From positions 10,679-74,678 of the forward strand of contig JAZTYJ010000025.1 of assembly GCA_045636865.1 (NCBI GenBank): 64,000 bases of DNA, given 5' to 3'. How positions within the stretch are numbered: the stretch's first letter is position 1; each line of letters begins with the position of its first letter. A model generated the notes under the pieces. It saw nothing but the letters and a program-made list of their open reading frames with translations, was not told where the DNA came from and ran no database searches. Below, in pieces: positions 22,342 to 31,784 of this stretch. The translations under genes were made by a program, and so were the position numbers. Source of the DNA: Eubacteriales bacterium (GTDB lineage Bacteria; Bacillota; Clostridia; Oscillospirales; JAAYXM01).

Positions 22342-22364
22342 AGAAATCGAAAGGAGCGATTATT

Positions 22365-23342
22365 ATGCTTACAGACCGTGCAAATGCCATTTGTCTTCTC
22401 GAAATTCTGCGTGAATTTTCAGACGAGGAACACATCCTCCCCATGCGCGAGATTATACCTAAAATGAATCTTCTCTACGGAATCACCCCGGACAGAAGAA
22501 CTGTTTACAGCGCAATATCCCTGCTCACCGAACTTGGACACGATATTTCTACATATGAAGAAAACGGAATCGGATACTATCTGCGTAGCCGTGAATTTGA
22601 GAAATCAGAAATTCACCTTCTCAGCGATGCAGTGTATTCATTTCCTTTTATCTCTCCGAAGCAGACGGACGAACTTGTCGGAAAATTACAAAAACAACTC
22701 AGTGTTCATCAGCGAAAGAGCTTTAAGCACCTGACAATCGCAAAAAGCGAGAAGAAGACGGATAACCGTCAGGTATTTCTCAACATTGAGTGTCTCGACG
22801 AGGCAATCGACACAGGCAAACAAGTAAGCTTTACATACCTGCAATACGACTTGGATAAAAAACAGCATCCACGCCGCGAAAAACCTTATGTAGTAAACCC
22901 TTATGAACTTATATACACAAATGAACATTATTACCTTATCTGCAACTACGTCGGACACGATAACACAAGTTTTTACCGAATTGACAGAATGTGCGATATA
23001 AAGATACTCGAAACTAAGATTGATAAGAAAACGAGTGATCTCTCCGATTTTCGCAATGCAACTTATGCATTTGCGAGTGAACCTGAGAGAATTGTTCTCC
23101 ATTGTGATAAGTGGATGATTGATGAAGTTATCGACAAATTCGGAACGGATATTTCCATCACAAAGCTTGACGAGGAAAAAATATCGGTAAGCTTCACAGC
23201 TCCCTCAACCGGAATCAAGTTCTTTGCGTTGCAGTATCTGCCCTATATGGAAGTCATAAAACCCGAATGGATAAGGAGCGAGATTGATGAGGACTTACAG
23301 AAAGTTTTGCACCGGAGAAAAAACTCTTCTGAGAATAAATAA
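22365..23342 (+). CDS. WYL-domain transcriptional regulator (wHTH-WYL-WCX architecture, BrxR/CapW-like)
   Basis: 325 aa. N-terminal wHTH (ICLLEILREFSDEEHILPMREI...DRRTVYSAISLL). Central WYL-type region (VSFTYLQYD...PYVVNPYELIYTNEHYYLICNY...FYRIDRM). C-terminal extension. Confidence 0.75.
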   Translation: MLTDRANAICLLEILREFSDEEHILPMREIIPKMNLLYGITPDRRTVYSAISLLTELGHDISTYEENGIGYYLRSREFEKSEIHLLSDAVYSFPFISPKQTDELVGKLQKQLSVHQRKSFKHLTIAKSEKKTDNRQVFLNIECLDEAIDTGKQVSFTYLQYDLDKKQHPRREKPYVVNPYELIYTNEHYYLICNYVGHDNTSFYRIDRMCDIKILETKIDKKTSDLSDFRNATYAFASEPERIVLHCDKWMIDEVIDKFGTDISITKLDEEKISVSFTAPSTGIKFFALQYLPYMEVIKPEWIRSEIDEDLQKVLHRRKNSSENK

Positions 23343-24165
23343 AGACGGATATGACGATGTAACCGGCGGCGGACACATTTATAATGAATTCAAGTTTTCT
23401 CTGACCGAAAAACTTGCCATTGTTTCAAAGGGCGGCAAATTCGGAATTCTTCTTATCCGAGAAGCACTCAACAAGGACTCAAAAGACATTTCCGAGAACA
23501 CCTTGACTGTATGTCAATGTAAATACGACAACATATGCATTATCGGAAATTACGGAGAAGATTTTTGTGATTTCCAATTGTATCAAAATGGCAAATGCGG
23601 GCTCGGCAGAGTTCGCATTACAACAGATGGACTTTACACTAAAGCTGAATTTTGTGAATTGCTGCCCTGCAAATACAAAACAGAACGCAATGAAGAATGG
23701 GCATTTATATGGCAATATTCCGATGATTGTGACTATATAAAATACTACCATAACGAAACACACGAAATCTCTGAAGAATACACCACGATACATATCAAAG
23801 CAGGTTTTCTCATCTGCCTTTACGAGGACCAAGATTTGATAACCCTTGTGCATGAACGGACAAACAAAAAGCTATTTACATGTGAGGCACATGTTGTTGA
23901 ACACCTCGCATCATACGCAGAAGGAGAAGTATTCCTCTTCAACAACTTCGATTCCGTCTTTCTCGTTTTCTGCAACACAAAAGAAATGCAGGCATATGCA
24001 ACCAAGGATTTCTCGGACATCCGTGCCGAAGTAACCTGCGATATGTTTGATAAATACCTGACCTGTCTTTCGTACAAAACGAACGAAGAGTGGTACACTC
24101 TTCCGCAAACAGGTAGTGTCATCTCGCAAAAGGATATATCGGGATCGTCACCTATTCACAAATAA
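23287..24165 (+). CDS. hypothetical protein with WG/KWG-like repeats, overlapping the regulator 3' end
   Basis: AAGGAG RBS 8 nt before ATG 23287, with a 56-nt overlap onto the WYL gene. Repeats of the type KGGKFGIL and NGKCGLGRV are present. Confidence 0.45.
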   Translation: MRTYRKFCTGEKTLLRINKDGYDDVTGGGHIYNEFKFSLTEKLAIVSKGGKFGILLIREALNKDSKDISENTLTVCQCKYDNICIIGNYGEDFCDFQLYQNGKCGLGRVRITTDGLYTKAEFCELLPCKYKTERNEEWAFIWQYSDDCDYIKYYHNETHEISEEYTTIHIKAGFLICLYEDQDLITLVHERTNKKLFTCEAHVVEHLASYAEGEVFLFNNFDSVFLVFCNTKEMQAYATKDFSDIRAEVTCDMFDKYLTCLSYKTNEEWYTLPQTGSVISQKDISGSSPIHK

Positions 24166-24230
24166 AGCACCCCTGTGCAGACATTTGCACAGGGGGTTCG
24201 TGTATAATTGTATATGGGAGGTGTAGCAGA

Positions 24231-24905
24231 ATGAATATTTCAGGACCACAACATCGACAGATGCCTTATGAGATGGCAGAAGCATACAGAGAGCTTTTTC
24301 GCATGGTAAAAAAAGAGTTTCCCGCAGAAACTCTTACATACACCTTCCCCGTTATGGGAAGCTACTATAACGAACATATCCAAATCTCCCGACTCACTCC
24401 GTTTGAGGGCGAAGATTATCCCGCAAATGACGAAGAGGCGATGCGGTATATTGAGCCCGCAGTACGACTTATGGTTATCGGTGAACACAAAATAAAGCAG
24501 ACAAAACTTACATCGAAAACTGCCGAAGAATTTTCCCGCTCCGCAGGAGATTTTATTTGCTATACAAATTACATAGCGCATTGTAGCATTGACCAAAACC
24601 ACGTTCCCGAATATCCCGGACGGATTATAGAAAAACTCAAACCCACTTCTGCACTCAACAATAAGTGGCATGAGCATATTCTTTGGTATAATCCGTTCGT
24701 TTTTGAATCTCCCGAAAACAAATCAACAAACAAGCAACTGCAGAAGCATCAGCTCCCACTTTGTCAGAAACTTCTCACTTTACATATTGACTTCTTCCGT
24801 CCTACCCATATTCTTTTTTTGGATGGATGCGAGCAATTTGCAGATGCATTTGCCGATAACAGACAGTTTATCAAAAAAATCACGAAAGCGTCTCTGCAGG
24901 CATAA
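24231..24905 (+). CDS. hypothetical protein, third UDG-fold-like paralogue
   Basis: 224 aa with GGGAGGTG RBS. FPVMGSYYNEH...VRLMVIGEHK...FFRPTHILFLDGCEQF parallels the 239-aa and 307-aa proteins. Confidence 0.3.
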   Translation: MNISGPQHRQMPYEMAEAYRELFRMVKKEFPAETLTYTFPVMGSYYNEHIQISRLTPFEGEDYPANDEEAMRYIEPAVRLMVIGEHKIKQTKLTSKTAEEFSRSAGDFICYTNYIAHCSIDQNHVPEYPGRIIEKLKPTSALNNKWHEHILWYNPFVFESPENKSTNKQLQKHQLPLCQKLLTLHIDFFRPTHILFLDGCEQFADAFADNRQFIKKITKASLQA

Positions 24906-24983
24906 AAACAGTCCCACGTACGGCGTGGCTTCTTAGGGAGAATTCGGTTTTGACTTGCTATTTTCCGCTTATAGTGCACAAAA

Positions 24984-25019
24984 AAAAATACGGACATACG
25001 CCGGTATGTCCGTATTTTT
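24984..25019. terminator. bidirectional terminator
   Basis: AAAAATACGGACATAC-gccg-GTATGTCCGTATTTTT. Confidence 0.75.
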
Positions 25020-25098
25020 AAATTTCTCTAAGACAAAAAACATCTGATCCTAAACTGCTTCGCACCCTGAAATCATAAGTTTGAGTGCAGAACAAGGG

Positions 25099-25134
25099 AA
25101 AAATCTCTCAACCCTGACGGGTTGGGAGATTTTT
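25099..25134 (+). terminator. second terminator hairpin
   Basis: AAAAATCTCTCAACCC-tgac-GGGTTGGGAGATTTTT. Confidence 0.7.
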
Positions 25135-25348
25135 CAACGCAGTTATGTGCCAAAATCTATGGCGACATTTTTGTTTTCACAGCAAATTCAGAAACTGTTC
25201 CTGATCTATTGATTGTGAACGTTTTTTTTGCTATAATAATCACAAAAGTTACAAAAGAATTTTTCTGTCATACACTTTATACCAAAGATGATATAAAACC
25301 CTTTTGTCGCTGATAAAATGACAACTGTAAAAGGACTGATACACTGAT

Positions 25349-27562
25349 ATGAAAAACAAAACACACTCATCCCGCAATTCACTCAGAATAATAAGCCTTA
25401 TTATGATGTTTTTTATGCTGCCTTCCCTTTTACCCTCAGCATATGCTCAGAACGCCTGGAACATGAGTGCCTTTCTCAAAAACTATCCTGACTCACATTT
25501 TAATCTGAACAATGAACCTAACCGCGTTATGACAATCGAAGAATTTATCGCTTTAACACATACATATTCCTATTATGGCGCAGGCGCAGAAAACGTTACC
25601 GTAGTTGACAAAAACGGAAAATCGCCCTCTGCCTGGTGCGGGAAATATGTTCAAGCAGAGGCCAACAAAAAAGTCTTTGACCCCGAGCGCATATCGTGGA
25701 ACGACCCGGTTACACTCGCTTTTGCAGCCCAGTTTATGGTGCGCTCAAAAGGTAAATACTCATACGACGCTAACAATCTCTACACTTTCTCCGGTACACA
25801 AAACCTCTCGGCAGACGATATATTGTATTTATGCGCTGCTGTTGATTACGGTTTGATTCCTTACAAACCCGGAATGGACGTTTCCGTAAAAATACTGCGC
25901 CGCGATGCACGGAAATATGAAATTCCGACTACACTTCCACCGATCAAACCTACCATAGCAGGAAACGCAAACTCCATGCGGGAACTGAACGCATATTTTA
26001 TTGACTGCTATTGGGACACTCAACAAAAAAAAGAACAACTGAACAAGTTAAAGCAGGCAAGCGAATACATAACTATGGTCACCTTCTTCTCGTCTTATAT
26101 AAACGGTGAAAGCGTTACTGACAACAATCGTTTTCTTGGTTGTTATATAGAGAATTCCAATGAAAATTCCAAAAAAGACCCTCAACTGGATGCAATACAG
26201 TTCTGCAAAGAAAACGGAAAGCTTGCCTTACTTGGAGTATGCAACGCATTAGGTAACGGCTTCCCCGCTTCGACAACAAAGGAGATGCTTGAAAGTGAGG
26301 GGAATATGCAGACCGCTATAAAAGAAATAATGGCTGCTGTTAAACAATACGATTTGGACGGCGTTAATTTAGGAATCGAAATCTCAGACCCGGCATTCAG
26401 TAATATGAGAAACAATTATTCCACATTTGTAAGACGCCTCTCTGAAGCACTCCATAAACAGAACAAAGTTCTTATGGTAAGCGTCGGTGCATATTTCACA
26501 GACAAACAAGAGGGTTCATCGATTTATGATTATTCAGAAATCGGTAAGTCCGCAGATTATGTGCACATCATTCTTTACGACGACTTCAACGACACCGGCT
26601 ACCCATATCGCGGAACCCACGGCCCCATCAGCAACATCGTCAGAATCGGGCGTTGTCTGAGATATGCAGCAGCTAAAATGGATCGAAGCAAAATTCTTTT
26701 AGGAACCGGAACTTTTGCAATAGATTTTAATCTGACCGCCAGAACAGCTAAAGACATCAACTATGCAGAAGCCACCGCCCTTTATCAGAACTCCGGCGCG
26801 CAGGTTGTTTACGATAATGCTGACAATGCGGCCGGCGCATATTTCGAATACACCGATTCCTCCTCAAACAAGCACAGAGTATATTGGGAAACCGGAAAAA
26901 CCGCTGCACAAAGAGCAAATATAGTCAAAGACTACAACCTGGGCGGATTCAGTGTATTCAATCTCAACGACAATAACGAACCCGTGTATAAAGCTTTGGA
27001 TGCAATATCTTCTTTCAAGCCTGAAGTAACTCACGCCATAGCAAGCGGACTTGTTCCCATCAACCTGAGAAGCAATTACGACAAACCTATCCTACGCCGT
27101 GAATTCTGTTCTGTAATCGTCAAGTTCATAGAAAGCAAATCCGGAATGAGTTCTGAAAAATTCATTGAGTCGAAGGGCAAAAATATTGTTTCTTCTGCTT
27201 TCACCGATACAAAAGACGAGAATGTTCTGATCGTTAATGCACTCGGTATTGTAGGTGGATACGGCAACGGAAAGTTCGCTCCCGACAAAACGATTTCCCG
27301 CCAGGAAGCCGCTGTTATGCTTATGAGGCTTGCAAAAGTTATGGGATTTGAGAAACCCAACAGCACACCGATAACATTCAAAGAATCCGCCACGCTCCCC
27401 TCTTGGGCGAAGCAAGGTGTCGACTTCATTTCAGCTTGCATCGACTCTAAAAACGCAAAAAGAGTTATGGGTGGCACCGGAAACAATATGTTTTCACCGC
27501 AAGGAACATATACAAGAGAACAAACATTTATGTCAATCTTCCGCTTGTACAACGCTTTTTAA
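25349..27562 (+). CDS. secreted GH18-like (chitinase-fold) protein with SLH cell-wall-anchoring domains
   Basis: Signal peptide (MMFFMLPSLLPSAYAQ). GH18-like barrel whose DGxDxDxE motif reads DGVNLGIE. C-terminal SLH repeats (FTDTKDENVLIVNALGIVGGYGNGKFAPDKTISRQEAAVMLMRL; MFSPQGTYTREQTFMSIFRL). Confidence 0.65.
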   Translation: MKNKTHSSRNSLRIISLIMMFFMLPSLLPSAYAQNAWNMSAFLKNYPDSHFNLNNEPNRVMTIEEFIALTHTYSYYGAGAENVTVVDKNGKSPSAWCGKYVQAEANKKVFDPERISWNDPVTLAFAAQFMVRSKGKYSYDANNLYTFSGTQNLSADDILYLCAAVDYGLIPYKPGMDVSVKILRRDARKYEIPTTLPPIKPTIAGNANSMRELNAYFIDCYWDTQQKKEQLNKLKQASEYITMVTFFSSYINGESVTDNNRFLGCYIENSNENSKKDPQLDAIQFCKENGKLALLGVCNALGNGFPASTTKEMLESEGNMQTAIKEIMAAVKQYDLDGVNLGIEISDPAFSNMRNNYSTFVRRLSEALHKQNKVLMVSVGAYFTDKQEGSSIYDYSEIGKSADYVHIILYDDFNDTGYPYRGTHGPISNIVRIGRCLRYAAAKMDRSKILLGTGTFAIDFNLTARTAKDINYAEATALYQNSGAQVVYDNADNAAGAYFEYTDSSSNKHRVYWETGKTAAQRANIVKDYNLGGFSVFNLNDNNEPVYKALDAISSFKPEVTHAIASGLVPINLRSNYDKPILRREFCSVIVKFIESKSGMSSEKFIESKGKNIVSSAFTDTKDENVLIVNALGIVGGYGNGKFAPDKTISRQEAAVMLMRLAKVMGFEKPNSTPITFKESATLPSWAKQGVDFISACIDSKNAKRVMGGTGNNMFSPQGTYTREQTFMSIFRLYNAF

Positions 27563-27737
27563 TACCGATACACAGAGTCTCCGAGGCTTTTATCCCCGGA
27601 GACTCATTTCATTTATTTCGTATTTCCTCTCACTCGCTAAAGCAAATACCCTCAAGCTGTTTGTATGTAACAGCTTGAGGGTAACGATGTAAAAAACGGA
27701 TTGTTCTCGTTCCGGATTTACAGTTATTTATCGTCGT

Positions 27738-29123
27738 TTATCTTGCATCGAACCTTTCCATAAACGGCTCACATTCTTCAAGCGGAAGCGGTTTTGAATA
27801 ATACCACCCCTGAATATAGTCACAGTCTGATTCTGATACAAACTCATTCTGCTCTTTGGTTTCGACACCTTCACAAATAACCTTGATATTCAGACTATGC
27901 GCAAGAGCTATAATTCCCAAGAACAAGTCCCTTCCCTTTTTCGTTTCTGTCTTAAGAAGAATATCACGGTCAATTTTTACAACATCTATCGGATAATCAC
28001 AAAGATTTATAAGCGAAGTGTAGCCGCTTCCAAGGTCATCGAGATAAACATTGAAGCCGAGCTCCTTGCATTTTGCAACATTTTCCATTGCAAGATTTCT
28101 GTCTTTCTCCATGGCGTCTTCTGTAATCTCTATAACAAGCTTTGAGTTGTCAAACTCGTATTTACTCGAGATTGCGGTGAGGTTATCAACAAAGCTTTCT
28201 TCCGACAGAGTAATTCGTGTGAAGTTGCAGGAAATCGAAATATCCTTGCATTCCGTATCCTTCCACTTTTCAAGCTGACGGCAGACAAGCTCAAACATAT
28301 AGAAATCAAGCTTGCTGATAAGCCCTACCATTTCCATATTCTCGATATACATAGCAGGGCTCTGCAGTCCCTTATCCACGCTGTTCCATCTGGAAAGGGC
28401 TTCGGCAGATACTATCTTCTTTGTCTTATTATCGACAACGAACTGCAGATACATCTTGAATTCGTTGTTTTCAAAGCCTTTCAGGATGCTTTCCGTAATC
28501 TGCTTTTCTTCCTGAACAGAATTCATTGAATTTTTATCGCAAAATATAACCTGCTTTTCTGTACCAAAGATTCTGTTGCAATTTTTCCGCAGGTTAAAGA
28601 GCAGGAGCTCGCAGTTGCGGTCAGCTTCCGAAAGCGGATACACCGCCGCATAACAAGCAAGCTTTCCTCTTTTATCTCTTATGCCATCAAAAGCATTAAG
28701 CTTATTCATAAGCTCATTAAATCTCTTCTGAGCCTCTTCCTCTGTTTCCGACCGAAAAGCAAATGCAAAGCCGTTTTCGGTAATTCTTGCCGAAAAACTT
28801 CCGTCATCCGTACACTCTGACAAAACAGATGCAGCGTATTTGAGCGCATCTGCAAACGAGATCCCGCTTCTATCAGCCCTCAAAGATGCGATATCCAGAA
28901 CAATATATGCAACATAATAGGTGCTTCTGAGAATATCTCCTATGGTATATTTGAAATGGTATTTGAAAAACTGCAGATTTCCTATCCCTGTTTCACTATC
29001 TGTTACTTTATCTTCTTCGCTTTCCTTTTTCACCTGCCTTATCTTCGCAACCAAAACAGCTATCAGAACAAGCAATATCGGAATGAGCACGAATCTTATC
29101 AGAATCTTATCCATCGGATACAT
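27738..29123 (-). CDS. membrane-anchored c-di-GMP phosphodiesterase (degenerate GGDEF + EAL)
   Basis: One TM and a GGDEF-like domain lacking the GGDEF motif (ARITENGFAFAF). The EAL domain has EALSRW, EITED, DDLGSGYTSL, KIDRD, EGVETKEQ and QGWYYSKP. Start trimmed to ATG 29123 or 29114. Confidence 0.8.
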   Translation of the reverse strand: MYPMDKILIRFVLIPILLVLIAVLVAKIRQVKKESEEDKVTDSETGIGNLQFFKYHFKYTIGDILRSTYYVAYIVLDIASLRADRSGISFADALKYAASVLSECTDDGSFSARITENGFAFAFRSETEEEAQKRFNELMNKLNAFDGIRDKRGKLACYAAVYPLSEADRNCELLLFNLRKNCNRIFGTEKQVIFCDKNSMNSVQEEKQITESILKGFENNEFKMYLQFVVDNKTKKIVSAEALSRWNSVDKGLQSPAMYIENMEMVGLISKLDFYMFELVCRQLEKWKDTECKDISISCNFTRITLSEESFVDNLTAISSKYEFDNSKLVIEITEDAMEKDRNLAMENVAKCKELGFNVYLDDLGSGYTSLINLCDYPIDVVKIDRDILLKTETKKGRDLFLGIIALAHSLNIKVICEGVETKEQNEFVSESDCDYIQGWYYSKPLPLEECEPFMERFDAR

Positions 29124-29359
29124 CTCCCCTCTTTCAAGGACATTATATTCGTCGTGGTCTTGTATGATGTAACAAGCCCGACCGCAAATAAAAAACTGCA
29201 ACAACAGAAAGCCCTGCTTATGGGCCACTATTATTGCAGCTGGACTGGCATAGTATAAAACCTTAGCCTCTTTGCTTTGCGTCGCCGGCTTTCGCCGGGT
29301 TTGCCAAATATTCAATTTCTATCAGTTTATCACACTAAAGTTTTTCTGTCAAATATTAT

Positions 29360-31660
29360 TTAATCTTTTGCAAAAACCCAAAGGGTTTCGTTTGCGCGTT
29401 CATCCTCATCATTAAGCTTATATACAGTAAGAATAACGGTTTCACCATTGACCTTCTTGTAGGTGATTCTCGGAGCATTCCCTTCAATAAGCTGTTTTTT
29501 TATAGCATCATAATTCAGGAAACTTTCAACATATCTGTGAAAATCAGGGTGCACCATATCATTTATATACATCTCAAGAAGAGAAGAGAATTTATCTTCA
29601 TTCTCATTGTATCCAAGATATGCCGGCATAAGAATCCTGTGAGCTTTATTTGTGTCAAGAGAAACACGGTAGATTCCGTTATAGTGTTCCTTCACGACAG
29701 AAATCATTGTATCAATCTCACGGATTCCGGTCTTCGTTTGGACATAGCCGCTGTCTTCGTTTTTGACCGTACTCTTGTTTTCCTTGTTCTGGTAATAAGA
29801 AGCCTTTGCCTCATACATTCTCACCTCGGCCTCTCTTACCATTTCTTCGGTGTCTGTGTTCTGCGTTCTGTAAGATGTACCGATTGCGACATTATAATCC
29901 ATCGGCTTTAATCGTTCAACAAGAAGCTCTACTCCCTTCTGAATATCCGACGAATCTGTATCTTTTGCAAATACAAGGAATTCATCGCCGCCCATGCGAT
30001 ATATATTGTGGCCGTAGAATACCTCTTTCAAAGTGTTCGCAATAAATACAAGCATTTCGTCGCCTGCCGCATGGCCATATCTGTTATTGCGAAGATGAAG
30101 CTCGTTTACATCAATATAAACGCAGGAGAACTTGTACGGTTTTTCGCTGTCAAAATCGCAAATATCCCGCTTATAAACAACGCGATTGAGAACACCCGTG
30201 AGCGAGTCTGTCGTTGCAGCACGCTCTGTCTGGTTAAGATGTTTTTTGTTATAGAGCGCAATAGAGAAGCAAACTGCAATGTTTTCTGCAAGAAGCAAAG
30301 CATCTCTGCTCCTTGTTGGGTTGATTGCGCCAATAATAGAGATGTGATTGTCCTTACTTGTTACGGCAGCAAAAGAAACCTCTTTTATACCGTGAAATCT
30401 CAAGAATGTGAAAAAGCGTTTATTGGTTTCTGAAAGATGTTCATCCGGAACAATGCGCATAACATTCACGGTTGTTCCGCTCATCTTCCGAAGCTGCGCA
30501 GAATGATGCAACAACTCTTCGATAAAATACTTTCTGTCCTCACCCGTTAAGAGCTTACTCTCCTCCGTCGACAATATATAATGATAATCTTCGCCATCTG
30601 TATCAAAGAAGAAAGCCGACTGTGACTTCGCAAACAAACAAATCTTGCGGAGTGCTTCGGTTATATTGTTTTGCTGCTGATTGATTTCAAGGAGAGTCTT
30701 TCTTACATCAGACGAGCAGACAGTAACAGCATTTCTGCGTTTTTCGGCAGCCAGAATAAGCATTATATACAACGCCATCACAACAATCATTGCAAAGAAG
30801 GTGAGCAACAAGACCTTTGATATAGTATGTGTATCAGCAAATACCTGCGATTCATATCTCGCAAGAGTAATCTTCCAGCCAATATCCTCAATAGTAGAAT
30901 AATGAACATAGAGATTCTCTCCGTTATACGCCGAAACGAATGATGTGAACCCCTTATCGCTTTCCATCATCTCTTTATAGGAATAGCCATCGTTATATTT
31001 ACGGTCGCTGAGGAAGTTTATATTTCCGAGAGTTTCATGAAGCGAGTCAATAACAATGACACCATTTTCAAGGTCATGAACAAAAAGCTGAGCATCAAGC
31101 TCTTTTGCCATAAGGCTGTACCTTCTGTTTATAACCTCAGTATCGATGATACCGTACAATATACCGACAATCTCATCATTTACCTTTATCGGAACGGCAC
31201 TTCGGACAACTTCGTCACCTTCGGTTATGATAGACGGTACCCTTCCGCTTATGTACTTTCCCTTTGCGCTTTCCTCTTCAAAAGAAAGCTTGCCATTTAA
31301 GTCGAATTGTCTTCCGCGCGAAACAAATATGTTGTCAGGTGTCAAAATACCTATGCGCGAAAAAAGGCCTATAGGCTTAAAGGATTCAAAAACGCGGTCA
31401 TAGCTTTCGCCATCAGCATAAAGCTTTGCGGCAAAGTTTGCCATAGTGATAAGATTTTCTCTGTCAGAGATCATCTGCAGTGTGAGATCGTCTTTAATCT
31501 GCTTCGTCTGGATATGGAGCATCTCATACGCCTCGTTTTCGGCCTTTGTATAAAAATAACTCACCATCGACAAGAATATCACACACAATAAAAATACCGC
31601 TGTAACTGTACCCAAAACATTACTCTGTCTTTGTTTTCTTTTCTCGTATGTTATCGCCAT
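29360..31660 (-). CDS. sensor diguanylate cyclase (TM-Cache-like-TM, GAF-like, GGDEF, C-terminal PAS-like domain)
   Basis: 766 aa. LTGVLNR...YIDVNELHLRNNRYGHAAGDEMLV...IYRMGGDEFLVFA shows an intact GGDEF. No RxxD I-site lies 5 residues upstream. Confidence 0.8.
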   Translation of the reverse strand: MAITYEKRKQRQSNVLGTVTAVFLLCVIFLSMVSYFYTKAENEAYEMLHIQTKQIKDDLTLQMISDRENLITMANFAAKLYADGESYDRVFESFKPIGLFSRIGILTPDNIFVSRGRQFDLNGKLSFEEESAKGKYISGRVPSIITEGDEVVRSAVPIKVNDEIVGILYGIIDTEVINRRYSLMAKELDAQLFVHDLENGVIVIDSLHETLGNINFLSDRKYNDGYSYKEMMESDKGFTSFVSAYNGENLYVHYSTIEDIGWKITLARYESQVFADTHTISKVLLLTFFAMIVVMALYIMLILAAEKRRNAVTVCSSDVRKTLLEINQQQNNITEALRKICLFAKSQSAFFFDTDGEDYHYILSTEESKLLTGEDRKYFIEELLHHSAQLRKMSGTTVNVMRIVPDEHLSETNKRFFTFLRFHGIKEVSFAAVTSKDNHISIIGAINPTRSRDALLLAENIAVCFSIALYNKKHLNQTERAATTDSLTGVLNRVVYKRDICDFDSEKPYKFSCVYIDVNELHLRNNRYGHAAGDEMLVFIANTLKEVFYGHNIYRMGGDEFLVFAKDTDSSDIQKGVELLVERLKPMDYNVAIGTSYRTQNTDTEEMVREAEVRMYEAKASYYQNKENKSTVKNEDSGYVQTKTGIREIDTMISVVKEHYNGIYRVSLDTNKAHRILMPAYLGYNENEDKFSSLLEMYINDMVHPDFHRYVESFLNYDAIKKQLIEGNAPRITYKKVNGETVILTVYKLNDEDERANETLWVFAKD

Positions 31661-31742
31661 TTTCTGTATCTTCTTTCTTTATTTATAATCAAATACAACT
31701 TTACTTCTACATTATACTACATTTTTCACTAAAAAACAACAC

Positions 31743-31774
31743 AAAAAAGCACCGCCGTACAGCGGTGCTTTTTT
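31743..31774 (-). terminator. terminator ending the pel/CotH/VTC/DUF4956 operon
   Basis: AAAAAAGCACCGC-cgtaca-GCGGTGCTTTTTT, 11 nt below the DUF4956 stop. Confidence 0.8.
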
Positions 31775-31784
31775 CGTTTCAAAT

